46,288 nt of DNA from Pseudomonadota bacterium (GCA_038527085.1 JBCBGD010000001.1:240-46527); one strand, 5' to 3'; counted from the stretch's first letter, positions 26,496 to 35,938 are shown. The notes: generated by a model from the letters alone, not told the origin. Program-made: numbers and translations.

Positions 26496-27314
26496 ATGGC
26501 AACCCCTCCGCCCGAACCGAAACTGTCATCCACCATCCTGCTCATCAGGGATGCCAACGAACTCGAAGTGTTGATGGTGAAGCGGCACTATGAAATCGAC
26601 TTTGCGTCGGGCGCGCTTGTTTTTCCTGGTGGCAAAACCTGCGCGGACGATGCGTCAGGCGAATGGGACGCGCTGTTCGACGGGACGACAGATGAGGATG
26701 AGCGCGTCGCCCAGATTGCGGCGATCAGGGAGTTGTATGAGGAGGCAGGCGTTCTCCTCGCGCGGAAGGAAAACCAGCGCGGGGCAGGAGCGCCGCTGAT
26801 CGGGCCGGCAGAAGTCGAGCCGCTCCAGCCCTATCGCGGCGCGGTTGATCGCGGAGAGCATGCCTTCTCAGAGTTGATCAGGGACGCTGGCCTGGTCCTG
26901 GCCGGAGACTGCTTGGTCCACTTCGGGCATTGGATCACGCCGACCATGATGCCCAAGCGCTTTGACACGCATTTCTATGTGGCCGCTGCGCCGGACGGAC
27001 AGGTGGCTGAGCAGGATGGACGCGAGACGACCGAAGCGGTCTGGCTTAACCCTGAAAAGGCCCTGGAAATGGAGAAGGGCGGCGAGGCCACGATCATCTT
27101 CCCAACGCGGATGAATCTCGGCCGCCTGGCGCTTGCCTCGACAACCGCCGAGGCGGTGGACAGGTTTTCCGGCGAGGACGTGATCACCGTGCTACCCCAA
27201 GTCCATTCAGACGACCCTGAGGGGCCGTGCCTGAAGATACCGTTTGTCGAAGGCTACGGGCAGGTGCGCGAGCCGATCGGTAAAGTGTCCAACGTCATGA
27301 AACCAAGGACTTAG
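26496..27314 (+). CDS. NUDIX hydrolase
   Basis: The Nudix box is GGKTCADD...AAIRELYEEAGVLL. GGAG lies 8 nt upstream of ATG 26496. Confidence 0.8.
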   Translation: MATPPPEPKLSSTILLIRDANELEVLMVKRHYEIDFASGALVFPGGKTCADDASGEWDALFDGTTDEDERVAQIAAIRELYEEAGVLLARKENQRGAGAPLIGPAEVEPLQPYRGAVDRGEHAFSELIRDAGLVLAGDCLVHFGHWITPTMMPKRFDTHFYVAAAPDGQVAEQDGRETTEAVWLNPEKALEMEKGGEATIIFPTRMNLGRLALASTTAEAVDRFSGEDVITVLPQVHSDDPEGPCLKIPFVEGYGQVREPIGKVSNVMKPRT

Positions 27315-27892
27315 ACAGAGTCTGCCGTTTTCGATTTCACCTGGTCCTCCAGCGCAACACAAACGGATTGAGCCAGCTCATCGCTGGCCGCGCCTGGACC
27401 GGCCACGAGAGCAGCGCGCATCGCTTCGACATGGAGATTTGCCAGCGCGACCACCGGCTCATCGGCCGATGTTTTCTCGAGCAGCGTGCACAGTGAGCCT
27501 GCAAGGCGCTCCAAGACAGGATTGCCAAAGGGCGTAGCGGTGCCGCGCAGATTATGGGACGCAATGAAGACAGCGCGGCGTGCATCCGGTGACGCAACAC
27601 GTTGCGTGTAGGTATCAAACGCTTCCTTCACCGCCACGACATCGCGCTCCAGCCAGGCCGCGCGCTCAGCCTCGCTTGGCGCCTCGCGCGTGTCATCATT
27701 CGACACGGCTGCAGGCGCATCAGATGCTGACGGCTGGGGGTCTTCAGCCGCAACCACTGCCTTTTCAGGCGCGGGCTTTGAAGGTTTCAACACGCGCGAA
27801 AGATCCGGCGTGGGCACCTCATTGGAGCCGGCCTGTTTCTGATTTCGGGATGAGAACAATCTACCAAGCATGTGGGGCAATGTGGCAGACAA
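27311..27892 (-). CDS. Hpt (histidine phosphotransfer) domain protein with disordered N-terminus
   Basis: FIASHNLRGTATPFGNPVLERLAGSLCTLLE resembles the HxLKG phospho-His helix of Hpt domains. The N-terminal ~85 aa are Pro/Ala/Ser-rich. The start is uncertain (TTG 27892 or ATG 27871). Confidence 0.55.
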   Translation of the reverse strand: MSATLPHMLGRLFSSRNQKQAGSNEVPTPDLSRVLKPSKPAPEKAVVAAEDPQPSASDAPAAVSNDDTREAPSEAERAAWLERDVVAVKEAFDTYTQRVASPDARRAVFIASHNLRGTATPFGNPVLERLAGSLCTLLEKTSADEPVVALANLHVEAMRAALVAGPGAASDELAQSVCVALEDQVKSKTADSV

Positions 27893-27931
27893 TGCCTGAT
27901 ATTTGGTTGATTTGTTTGCGGGAACTGACCG

Positions 27932-28699
27932 TCAGACCGCAAATTGTTCGCGAAGGATTCGCTCGTCGAGGGCATGGCCTGGGTCAAAAAGCAGTGTCAA
28001 ATGGCGCGAGCGGTCCTCGCTGACCTCAACGCGCGCGACATCTCGCACTTCCTGATTGTCGGCAGCAGCCGATACTGGCCGCATGTCGGGCGACTGGACT
28101 TCGATCACCACTTGGGCGTCGTGGCGAAGCAGCGCTCCGCGCCAGCGCCGCGGCCTGAAGGGACTGATCGGTGTGAGTGCGAGTAATTGCGCCCCGATAG
28201 GCAGAATGGGTCCCTGAACCGACAAGTTGTAAGCTGTAGAACCAGCGGGCGTTGCGACCAGAACGCCATCACAGGCCAATTCCGGCATGCGTTCCTTTCC
28301 ATCCACGCGAATGGCCAGCCTGGCTGACTGCGCCGTCTGCCTAAGCAATGACACTTCATTGATCGCGAGGCGAATATGGGTCTCGCCATCGACGTCGATG
28401 CAGGACATGCGCAGGGGATTGAGTCGGGCGCGCTCAGCATTTTCGATGCGCTCTTCCAGATCGTCTGGCGAGTATTCGTTCATCAGGAAACCGACAGTGC
28501 CCCGGTGCATGCCATAGACTGGCTTGTGGTCCTCAAAACGTGCGCGCAGGGCATCAAGCATTGCGCCATCGCCGCCGAGCGCCACGATCACATCGGCGTC
28601 CTCAGCGGCTGTCTGTCCGTATTTTCGGGTGAGGACGGCAAGCGCTTCGAGTGCCTCAGGGCGTTTCGAGGCGGAAAAATGAAAGCGCATGCTCATCAC
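27932..28699 (-). CDS. nadK: NAD kinase
   Basis: The GGDG motif (VIVALGGDGAMLDA) and ATPAGSTAYNLS are present. Length is 255 aa. Confidence 0.9.
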   Translation of the reverse strand: MMSMRFHFSASKRPEALEALAVLTRKYGQTAAEDADVIVALGGDGAMLDALRARFEDHKPVYGMHRGTVGFLMNEYSPDDLEERIENAERARLNPLRMSCIDVDGETHIRLAINEVSLLRQTAQSARLAIRVDGKERMPELACDGVLVATPAGSTAYNLSVQGPILPIGAQLLALTPISPFRPRRWRGALLRHDAQVVIEVQSPDMRPVSAAADNQEVRDVARVEVSEDRSRHLTLLFDPGHALDERILREQFAV

Positions 28700-28820
28700 C
28701 CTTTGTCCGAGGCCGCGGTGTGCGCGTCAAGGCTTGTTGCCTGGACGCAGGTTTTCGCCATGGCGCGGGCGCCACATCCCGGTTATCGTGTGCAAGGAAA
28801 AGACCAAGGGAGGATCTGCA

Positions 28821-29597
28821 ATGGCAGACGACATGAGCGGCGTGGATGTAAAGTCGCGCGTTTCGGAGGAAGAGTGGAAAGTCCGCGTCGATCTTGCGGC
28901 CATGTACAGGCTGGTCGCGCTCCACAGTTGGGACGATCTGATCTTCACCCACATCTCTCACCGCGTTCCCGGCCCGGATCATCACTTCCTTATCAATCCT
29001 TATGGCTTCCTCTTCGAAGAGATGACGGCATCATCCCTGGTGAAAGTCGACTTGGACGGCAACATCGTCGACGAGACCGAATACTTCATCAATCCGGCTG
29101 GGTTCACCATTCACTCCGCCGTACATGCGGCTCGCGAAGATGCCCATGTGGTGATGCACCTGCACACCAATGATGGCGTGGCGGTGTCTGCGCAGTCGGA
29201 AGGACTCCTTCCCATCAGCCAGACCGCGATGCTTGTGCGCCACGATCTCGCCTACCATGATTATGAAGGCGTTGCGCTCGACCATGACGAGCGCGAGCGG
29301 ATCGTCGCAGACATTGGAGACAAGTCCAATCTCCTCTTGCGAAACCATGGCACACTTACAGTCGGCGCGACCGCGGCGGAGTGTTTCCTGAGAATGTTCT
29401 TCCTCGAGCGCGCCTGCTCGATGCAAGTCCGTGCGCTGTCGGCGGGCCGGCCGAACCTCACGATCCCAGACCAGAAAGTGCAGGATGTGGTGAAGGGCCA
29501 GTCGAATCCAGAGGGCACCGCGGTCTTGGCCAATCGTCTGGCTTGGCCTGGCCTTTTGCGCAAGTTGGATCGCGAAATGCCAGGCTACGACACCTGA
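28821..29597 (+). CDS. class II aldolase/adducin family protein
   Basis: EEWKVRVDLAAMYRL, FTIHSAVHAAREDAHVVMHLHT and LLRNHGTLTVG are family motifs. GGGAGG lies 7 nt upstream of ATG 28821. Confidence 0.8.
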   Translation: MADDMSGVDVKSRVSEEEWKVRVDLAAMYRLVALHSWDDLIFTHISHRVPGPDHHFLINPYGFLFEEMTASSLVKVDLDGNIVDETEYFINPAGFTIHSAVHAAREDAHVVMHLHTNDGVAVSAQSEGLLPISQTAMLVRHDLAYHDYEGVALDHDERERIVADIGDKSNLLLRNHGTLTVGATAAECFLRMFFLERACSMQVRALSAGRPNLTIPDQKVQDVVKGQSNPEGTAVLANRLAWPGLLRKLDREMPGYDT

Positions 29598-29642
29598 TCA
29601 AAGACGACAGGTTTCGCCCCAAGGGCGGACTTTATGCAGACT

Positions 29643-29681
29643 GCGGCGTCTTGGAGTTTGGATTTTTCCCCAAGACGCCGC
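29643..29681. promoter_or_regulatory. perfect 12-bp inverted repeat upstream of hemA
   Basis: GCGGCGTCTTGG (29643..29654) pairs with CCAAGACGCCGC (29670..29681) across a 15-nt loop. No convincing U-tract follows on either strand. Confidence 0.3.
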
Positions 29682-29715
29682 ATTTACATTCCAGTGCTGC
29701 GTGCGCGCAGCGTGA

Positions 29716-30954
29716 GTGATGCGAGACAAGTGGTCGATGAAACACCTTAAAGCCTTCGAAGATGCGCTCGAAACCATCCGCGGGGAAGGGCGCTACAGGG
29801 TGTTTGTTGACCTGCACCGCCACCGTGGTCGCTTTCCAAAGGCGACGGCGCGGTTCCCGGACGGAGAGCGCGAAATCACTGTCTGGTGTTCGAACGATTA
29901 TCTCGGCATGGGCCAGGATGAAGCCGTTCTCGAGGCCATGCATGAAGCCATCGACAGCTTTGGTGCGGGGTCTGGCGGTACGCGAAACATCTCCGGTACG
30001 ACTCGCTATCACGTGGAGCTTGAGGCCGAACTTGCGGCCCTGCATGGCAAGACCGGCGCACTCCTTTTCACCTCGGGTTATGTGGCCAATGACGCCACAC
30101 TTGCCACGCTCGGAAAGATACTGCCGGGTCTGATCATCTATTCCGACGCGCTGAATCACGCCTCCATGATTGAGGGAATCCGGCGGTCCGGTTGCGACCG
30201 CCGCATCTTCCGCCACAACGACGTGGAACACCTGCGCGCGCTCATGGAAAATGACGATCCCGAGCGGCCCAAGCTGATCGCCTTCGAGAGCGTCTATTCA
30301 ATGGACGGCGATGTCGGGCCGATCGAGGCGATCTGCGATCTCGCTGACGAGTTCGACGCCATCTCCTACCTCGATGAAGTCCACGCCGTCGGACTTTACG
30401 GAGACGAAGGGGCAGGCGTCGCCCAGCGCGACGAGCAAATGGCCCGCGTCGACATCATTGAAGGCACACTCGGAAAGGCCTTCGGCGTGATGGGCGGATA
30501 CATTGCCGCCGACACGGTGATGATCGATGCGATCCGGTCCATGGCCTCAGGCTTCATATTCACAACGTCGACTTGCCCTGTCATGGCGGCAGGGGCGCTC
30601 GCCAGCGTGCGGAAACTGCGGACTGACGATGGCCGGGCCCTTCGCGCACAGCACCAGGCCAAGGCTCAGGAACTCAAGGACAAGTTCAAGGCCGCAGGTC
30701 TGCCGGTCATGCCGACCGATACCCATATCGTGCCCCTGATGGTGGGCGATCCTGAACGCTGCAAGGCGCTGTCGGACACGCTGTTGTTCGACTTCGGGAT
30801 CTACGTCCAGCCGATCAACTACCCCACCGTCCCCAAGGGCACAGAGCGGCTGCGGTTCACGCCCAGCCCCGTCCACACCGCCGAGATGATGGACGACCTG
30901 GTGGCGGCGATCCTGGCGGTCTGGAAGCAGCTTGGTCTTGAGGACGTGGCTTAG
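29716..30954 (+). CDS. hemA: 5-aminolevulinate synthase
   Basis: EGRYRVFVDL, WCSNDYLGM and the PLP-lysine region GTLGKAFG are present, with overall alpha-oxoamine synthase layout. The start is ATG 29716 or ATG 29737. Confidence 0.9.
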   Translation: MMRDKWSMKHLKAFEDALETIRGEGRYRVFVDLHRHRGRFPKATARFPDGEREITVWCSNDYLGMGQDEAVLEAMHEAIDSFGAGSGGTRNISGTTRYHVELEAELAALHGKTGALLFTSGYVANDATLATLGKILPGLIIYSDALNHASMIEGIRRSGCDRRIFRHNDVEHLRALMENDDPERPKLIAFESVYSMDGDVGPIEAICDLADEFDAISYLDEVHAVGLYGDEGAGVAQRDEQMARVDIIEGTLGKAFGVMGGYIAADTVMIDAIRSMASGFIFTTSTCPVMAAGALASVRKLRTDDGRALRAQHQAKAQELKDKFKAAGLPVMPTDTHIVPLMVGDPERCKALSDTLLFDFGIYVQPINYPTVPKGTERLRFTPSPVHTAEMMDDLVAAILAVWKQLGLEDVA

Positions 30955-30997
30955 AAACAAAAAGACCGCGCCCTGCGGAAAGCGCGGTCTTCCTTTT
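30955..30997. terminator. bidirectional rho-independent terminator (hemA / mucR)
   Basis: AAGACCGCGC (30962..30971) pairs with GCGCGGTCTT (30982..30991). AAACAAAA lies upstream and CCTTTT downstream. Confidence 0.8.
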
Positions 30998-31013
30998 GAG
31001 ATCTAAAGATCGA

Positions 31014-31430
31014 TTAGCTTTTGGCTTTACGGCCAAGCCCGATTTCCTTGGCGAATTCGCTTCGCCGTTTCGCGTAGTTTGGCGCCACCATCGGATAGTC
31101 GCTAGGAAGGTTCCAGCGCGCGCGATATTCCTCAGGTGTCAGATCGTAACGCGAACGAAGGTATCGCTTCAGCATTTTGAGCTTTCGGCCGTCTTCTAAA
31201 CAGATCAGGTATTCCGGCGTGATCGACTTGCTGATTGGCACGGCAGGATCAGGACGTGGTTCTTCCTTTGGTCCAGCATCGGCCAGATCAAGCAAGGTAT
31301 CGTGCACAGACTTGATTAGGTCTGGCAAAGACGTTGCTGGTACGGGGTTGTTGGAGACAAAAGCAGCAACAATATCTCCAGTGAGATTTAGCGTTGCTTC
31401 CTCGCTCAGGGGGGAGTTGGTTTCGGTCAT
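31014..31430 (-). CDS. mucR: MucR/Ros family zinc-finger transcriptional regulator
   Basis: PEYLICLEDGRKLKMLKRYLRSRYDLTPEEYRARWNLPSDYPMVAPNYAKRRSEFAKEIGLG is the Ros/MucR signature. The start is ATG 31430. Confidence 0.9.
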   Translation of the reverse strand: MTETNSPLSEEATLNLTGDIVAAFVSNNPVPATSLPDLIKSVHDTLLDLADAGPKEEPRPDPAVPISKSITPEYLICLEDGRKLKMLKRYLRSRYDLTPEEYRARWNLPSDYPMVAPNYAKRRSEFAKEIGLGRKAKS

Positions 31431-31493
31431 TTTCTTTCCTCTCGCACCGGCGTGCGAAATCGCCAACGCCAGTGAATACACTGCCGAGAACAA

Positions 31494-31640
31494 ATAATTT
31501 AATACGCGTCAATACCGAGTGCACAAATATCAGTCTTTCTATTATGTATTCAATTTGCGATTTTGAGAAGCGAAAAAGAATACCCTGTGTTGTGCATTAT
31601 ATTTTTTCGCGTTGATACAAGATCACGATTTTGAAATGGC
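31494..31640. promoter_or_regulatory. strongly AT-rich divergent promoter region (mucR / glyA)
   Basis: By eye this stretch is only about one-third G+C, in a window that is otherwise about 60 percent. It lies between divergent mucR and glyA. Confidence 0.4.
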
Positions 31641-31736
31641 GATGCCGCTCACCCTCGCATCACAGGTGAGTATTTTGACGCGCTTGCAGGTCATTCCGCA
31701 TCGCTTTAAGCCGTAAGCGCACAAAGGAGTTCGACA

Positions 31737-33044
31737 ATGGCAGACACAGCGCACCCCGCCGTCCAAGCGCAGGATGGCTTCTTCAGCGATTCGCTCCAGA
31801 CGCGGGATCCAGAGGTGTTTGCCGCGATCGAGAAAGAGCGAACGCGACAGCAGCACCAGATCGAACTGATCGCATCGGAGAACATTGTCAGCCGCGCGGT
31901 CCTTGATGCCCAAGGCTCGATCCTCACCAACAAGTATGCTGAAGGGTATCCGGGCCGGCGCTACTATGGCGGCTGCGAATTCGTGGACATCGCCGAAGAA
32001 CTCGCGATCGAGCGCGCGAAGCAATTGTTCGGCGCGACCTGGGCCAACGTGCAGCCCCACAGCGGCGCGAATGCAAACCAGGCTGTGTTCTATGCGCTGC
32101 TTCAGCCGGGCGACACGTTCATGGGCATGGATCTGGCCGCGGGCGGACACCTGACCCATGGCAGCCCCGTCAACCAGTCCGGCAAGTGGTTCAATGTGGT
32201 CAGCTATGGTGTCGATCCCGACACGCACCTGATCGATTACGACGCCATGGAAGCCACCGCGCTTGAGCACAAGCCCAAGCTGATCATCGGCGGCGCGACG
32301 GCGTATTTCCGCTTCGTGGACTTCAAACGGATGCGAGAGATCGCGGACAAGGTTGGCGCAATCCTGATGGCGGACATGAGCCACTTCTCTGGGCTGGTCG
32401 CTGGCGGGGCATATCCGAACCCGCTCGACTATGTGCACGTGGCAACGACCACCACGCACAAAGCACTTCGCGGCCCGCGCGGCGGCATCATCCTCACGCG
32501 GGATGAAGAGTTGGGCAAGAAGATCAATTTCGCTGTGTTTCCAGGCCTTCAAGGCGGTCCGCTCATGCATGTGATCGCCGCCAAGGCGGTTGCGTTCGGC
32601 GAGGCGCTGAAGCCTGACTTTAAGGACTATGCAGCCCAGGTTGTGGCCAACGCCAAGGCCATGTCCGACCAGCTGATCACGCGCGGCCTCGACATCGTGT
32701 CCGGCGGGACTGACAGCCACGCTATGTTGGTGGACCTGCGTCCCAAGGGCGTCACGGGTAAGACCGCTGAACATGCGCTCGATCGCGCTGGCATCACCTG
32801 CAACAAGAACGCGATCCCGAACGATCCCGAAAAGCCTTTCGTCACTTCAGGTATTCGCGTCGGCTCGCCTGCGGGCACGACGCGCGGCTTCAAGGAAGCA
32901 GAGTTCATTCAGATCGCTGACTGGATCGCCGACGTGCTCGAGGCCCAATCAGGAGACGATGCAGCAGGCGTGGAGAACCGTGTGCGCGAAGCGGTCAAGT
33001 CGCTGACACTGCGCTTTCCCATCTATGACGGCCTGGGAGGCTAG
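31737..33044 (+). CDS. glyA: serine hydroxymethyltransferase
   Basis: [32 protein letters not shown] and [14 protein letters not shown] (PLP lysine) are present. AAGGAG lies upstream. Confidence 0.95.
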   Translation: MADTAHPAVQAQDGFFSDSLQTRDPEVFAAIEKERTRQQHQIELIASENIVSRAVLDAQGSILTNKYAEGYPGRRYYGGCEFVDIAEELAIERAKQLFGATWANVQPHSGANANQAVFYALLQPGDTFMGMDLAAGGHLTHGSPVNQSGKWFNVVSYGVDPDTHLIDYDAMEATALEHKPKLIIGGATAYFRFVDFKRMREIADKVGAILMADMSHFSGLVAGGAYPNPLDYVHVATTTTHKALRGPRGGIILTRDEELGKKINFAVFPGLQGGPLMHVIAAKAVAFGEALKPDFKDYAAQVVANAKAMSDQLITRGLDIVSGGTDSHAMLVDLRPKGVTGKTAEHALDRAGITCNKNAIPNDPEKPFVTSGIRVGSPAGTTRGFKEAEFIQIADWIADVLEAQSGDDAAGVENRVREAVKSLTLRFPIYDGLGG

Positions 33045-33047
33045 GCT

Positions 33048-33521
33048 TTGCGCTGTCCGTTCTGCGGGTCTGAAAATTCATCGGTAAAGGACTCGCGCCC
33101 TGCCGAAGACAACACGGCAGTGAGGCGCCGGCGGGCCTGTGAGCGCTGTGGTGGCCGATTCACGACTTTTGAGCGCGTACAGTTGCGGGAATTGTTCGTG
33201 ATCAAGCGTGACGGCAAGCGCACGATCTTCGATCGCGATAAGGTCATCCGGACCGTCAAACTCGCCCTGCGCAAGCGGCCTGTGACAGAAGAGCAAGTCG
33301 AGCAGCTCGTCTCAGGCATCGTCCGCCAGCTGGAAAGCGGTGGCGAGACGGAAATCAAGTCGACGGAAATCGGCGACATGGTGATGACAGCCCTGCGCGA
33401 TATCGATCCTGTTGGCTACGTCCGCTACGCCAGCGTCTACAAGGATTTCAACGATCCTGCAGACTTCGCCAAGTTCATCGACCGTGCGGAGTTTGCCGAT
33501 GAAGGCGAGGACGCGCCATGA
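33048..33521 (+). CDS. nrdR: transcriptional repressor NrdR
   Basis: [18 protein letters not shown]...[17 protein letters not shown] is the zinc ribbon, followed by an ATP-cone. TTG start. Confidence 0.92.
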   Translation: MRCPFCGSENSSVKDSRPAEDNTAVRRRRACERCGGRFTTFERVQLRELFVIKRDGKRTIFDRDKVIRTVKLALRKRPVTEEQVEQLVSGIVRQLESGGETEIKSTEIGDMVMTALRDIDPVGYVRYASVYKDFNDPADFAKFIDRAEFADEGEDAP

Positions 33522-34174
33522 GCGACGTCTCCGTCACGCTCAAGATCGCCACCAGCCTGGACAGCAGGATTGCCCTTGCAGACGGCACCAGCCAGTGGAT
33601 TACCGGATCTGACGCGCGCGCGAGGAGCCACCAGTTGCGCGCGGCCCATGACGCGGTGCTCGTCGGCATCGGGACTGTCCTTGCAGATGATCCTCTCCTT
33701 ACGGCGCGGACGGTGCCATTGCCTGAGCGCCAGCCCTTGCGCATCGTCATGGACTCGGCGGGGCGTACGCCAACGGATGGTCGGCTGGTGCGCTCAACTG
33801 GCGTCGGGCCTGTCGCTGTGGCCACGGCAGGCGTCACTGCGCCAGGCCTTGTCGCAGAAGGTGTGAGCGTCTGGAATTGCGGGCCGGCGGACGGGCGCGT
33901 TGATCCACTTGAGGTGGTCAAGCGCTGCGGCGTGGAAGGCATCAAGACGCTGATGATCGAAGGGGGAGGGCAGGTGGCGGCCTCCTTCCTAAAGGTCGGC
34001 GCCGTCCACAGGATCGAGTGGTTCCGTGCGCCGATCATACTCGGCGGTGATGGATTGCCTGCCATTGGAAACCTCGGTCTGGCCGAAATGTCGGGCGCGT
34101 CGCGTTGGCGCGGTGTCGCAAGGGAACAGATTGGGGATGACGTGCTTGAGTCCTATGTGAGAGCTTCAGAGTAG
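33518..34174 (+). CDS. ribD: 5-amino-6-(5-phosphoribosylamino)uracil reductase (RibD C-terminal domain only)
   Basis: [59 protein letters not shown] is the RibD reductase domain. No cytidine-deaminase-type zinc motif is present. The ATG overlaps the nrdR stop. Confidence 0.8.
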   Translation: MSDVSVTLKIATSLDSRIALADGTSQWITGSDARARSHQLRAAHDAVLVGIGTVLADDPLLTARTVPLPERQPLRIVMDSAGRTPTDGRLVRSTGVGPVAVATAGVTAPGLVAEGVSVWNCGPADGRVDPLEVVKRCGVEGIKTLMIEGGGQVAASFLKVGAVHRIEWFRAPIILGGDGLPAIGNLGLAEMSGASRWRGVAREQIGDDVLESYVRASE

Positions 34175-34185
34175 GAGCGTGCGCC

Positions 34186-34815
34186 ATGTTCACCGGCCTT
34201 GTCACCGATGTTGGCACCGTCAGGAAAGCCGAAGACAGGAACGGTTTGCGCCGGTTCGAGGTCGAAAGCGGTTATCCTTTGGCCAACATTGATATGGGCG
34301 CATCAATCCTTCATTCCGGTGTCTGCTTGACCGTTGTCGACAAGGGCGAGGGGGTGCGCGGCGCCTGGTTCGCCGTGGAGGCTGTTCCGGAAACCCTTTC
34401 CAAGACCGTGTTGGGGACGTGGGGCGATGGCACACGGGTCAACCTCGAACAGTCGCTGAAACTGGGCGACGAGCTCGGTGGCCACTTCGTGTTCGGCCAT
34501 GTCGACGGGGTCGGCGAGGTCGTTTCCGTTGAACCAGAAGGCCAGAGTTGGCGGCTGACCATTCGCCCGCCCGCCGACATTGCACGCTACTTCGCGACAA
34601 AGGGCTCGGCCGCCATCAATGGCGTCTCACTCACCGTTGCAGCTGCTTTGGAGAATGGCGATTTCCAGCTTGCCATCATCCCGCACACCTGGGAGGTCAC
34701 CACGCTGAGCGATCTTAAGCCCGGCGACAAGGTCAATCTCGAAATCGATATGCTGGCGCGTTATGTGGCGCGGATGATTGGCGCCGATGCGCCCGGAGGC
34801 AGCACCCATGGCTGA
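34186..34815 (+). CDS. ribE: riboflavin synthase
   Basis: The MFTGLVTDVGTV N-terminus and the duplicated lumazine-binding repeat (GASILHSGVCLTV / GSAAINGVSLTV) are present. Confidence 0.92.
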   Translation: MFTGLVTDVGTVRKAEDRNGLRRFEVESGYPLANIDMGASILHSGVCLTVVDKGEGVRGAWFAVEAVPETLSKTVLGTWGDGTRVNLEQSLKLGDELGGHFVFGHVDGVGEVVSVEPEGQSWRLTIRPPADIARYFATKGSAAINGVSLTVAAALENGDFQLAIIPHTWEVTTLSDLKPGDKVNLEIDMLARYVARMIGADAPGGSTHG

Positions 34816-35935
34816 AGATTTCTCAGGCGCCATCTCCTCCATTGATGAGATCATCGAAGACGCCCGCAATGGCAAGATGTACATTCTCGTGGACGCTGAA
34901 GACCGCGAAAACGAGGGCGATCTCATCATTCCGGCCAGTTTTGCGACGCCAGATGCGGTGAATTTCATGGCCAAGTATGGCCGCGGCTTGATCTGCCTTG
35001 CGATGACGGGCGAGCGCGCCAGGGTCCTGAACCTCGACATGATGGCTCGCGACAATCGCGAAAGCATGGGCACGGCCTTCACCGTCTCTATCGAAGCGGC
35101 AGAGGGCGTCACCACGGGCATCAGCGCGGCGGACCGCTCGCGCACCATCGCTGTGGCCATCGACCCGACGAAGGACCACCACGACATCGTCTCGCCTGGG
35201 CATGTGTTTCCTTTGGTCGCGCGCGATGGCGGCAGCCTTGTCCGCGCGGGCCATACCGAAGCGGCAGTCGACATCTCACGCATGGCGGGGCTCTATCCGG
35301 CGGGCGTGATCTGCGAGATCATGAATGACGATGGCAGCATGGCGCGCCTGCCTGACCTCGTTTCATTCGCGCAGCTTCACAATTTGAAGATCGGAACCAT
35401 CGCCGACCTGATTGCCTGGCGTCGCCGCAATGATCGCTACCTCGAGCGCCGTGTCGAAGCACCACTGGACAGCGCCTATGGGTCCGGATTCCGAACTGTG
35501 GTCTTCCGCAACGCGATCGATGGAACCGAACATATCGCCATCGTCCATGGCAAGATCGAGCCAGACTCGACAACGTTGGTCAGGGTGCACCGCACGGACG
35601 TCCTTTCGGACATTCTCGGTGAGCGCGGCCCGCGTCAGGGCCTGGTGGAAAAAGCCATGCAGGCCATCGCCGAGGCCGAAGAGCCCGGTGTCATGGTGTT
35701 CGTCAACACGATGCGGCCCAATGCGATGGCCGTACGTCTCGGCGCTCGCGCAGAGGAGCCTGCCGATCCTCACACGCCGATCCGCGAATATGGTGTTGGC
35801 GCACAGATCCTCCGGGAACTTGGTGTTCGACGCATGATCTTCCTCTCCAACACGCAGCCCACCCGCCTGGCAGGTCTTGACGGATACGGCCTGACCATAG
35901 AGGGGTGGCGGGCTTTGAATGAAAGTGACACCTGA
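34808..35935 (+). CDS. ribB: 3,4-dihydroxy-2-butanone-4-phosphate synthase fused to a degenerate GTP cyclohydrolase II-like domain (RibBX type)
   Basis: The N-terminal half carries DHBPS motifs (DAEDRENEGDLIIPA, GHTEAAVDI). The C-terminal half aligns to GCH-II but reads VRVHRTDVLSDILGERGPRQGLV where RibA has VHSECLTGD...RCDCG. That half contains no cysteine at all. Confidence 0.85.
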   Translation: MAEDFSGAISSIDEIIEDARNGKMYILVDAEDRENEGDLIIPASFATPDAVNFMAKYGRGLICLAMTGERARVLNLDMMARDNRESMGTAFTVSIEAAEGVTTGISAADRSRTIAVAIDPTKDHHDIVSPGHVFPLVARDGGSLVRAGHTEAAVDISRMAGLYPAGVICEIMNDDGSMARLPDLVSFAQLHNLKIGTIADLIAWRRRNDRYLERRVEAPLDSAYGSGFRTVVFRNAIDGTEHIAIVHGKIEPDSTTLVRVHRTDVLSDILGERGPRQGLVEKAMQAIAEAEEPGVMVFVNTMRPNAMAVRLGARAEEPADPHTPIREYGVGAQILRELGVRRMIFLSNTQPTRLAGLDGYGLTIEGWRALNESDT

Positions 35936-35938
35936 GCC

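Noticed and set aside
31641-31736. Possible ZTP (pfl), THF or glycine riboswitch in the glyA leader.
   Set aside because: I could not find the conserved ZTP core (for example a CCGCCTGGGC-like pseudoknot segment) or glycine-riboswitch motifs. Only a weak 6-bp hairpin is present.
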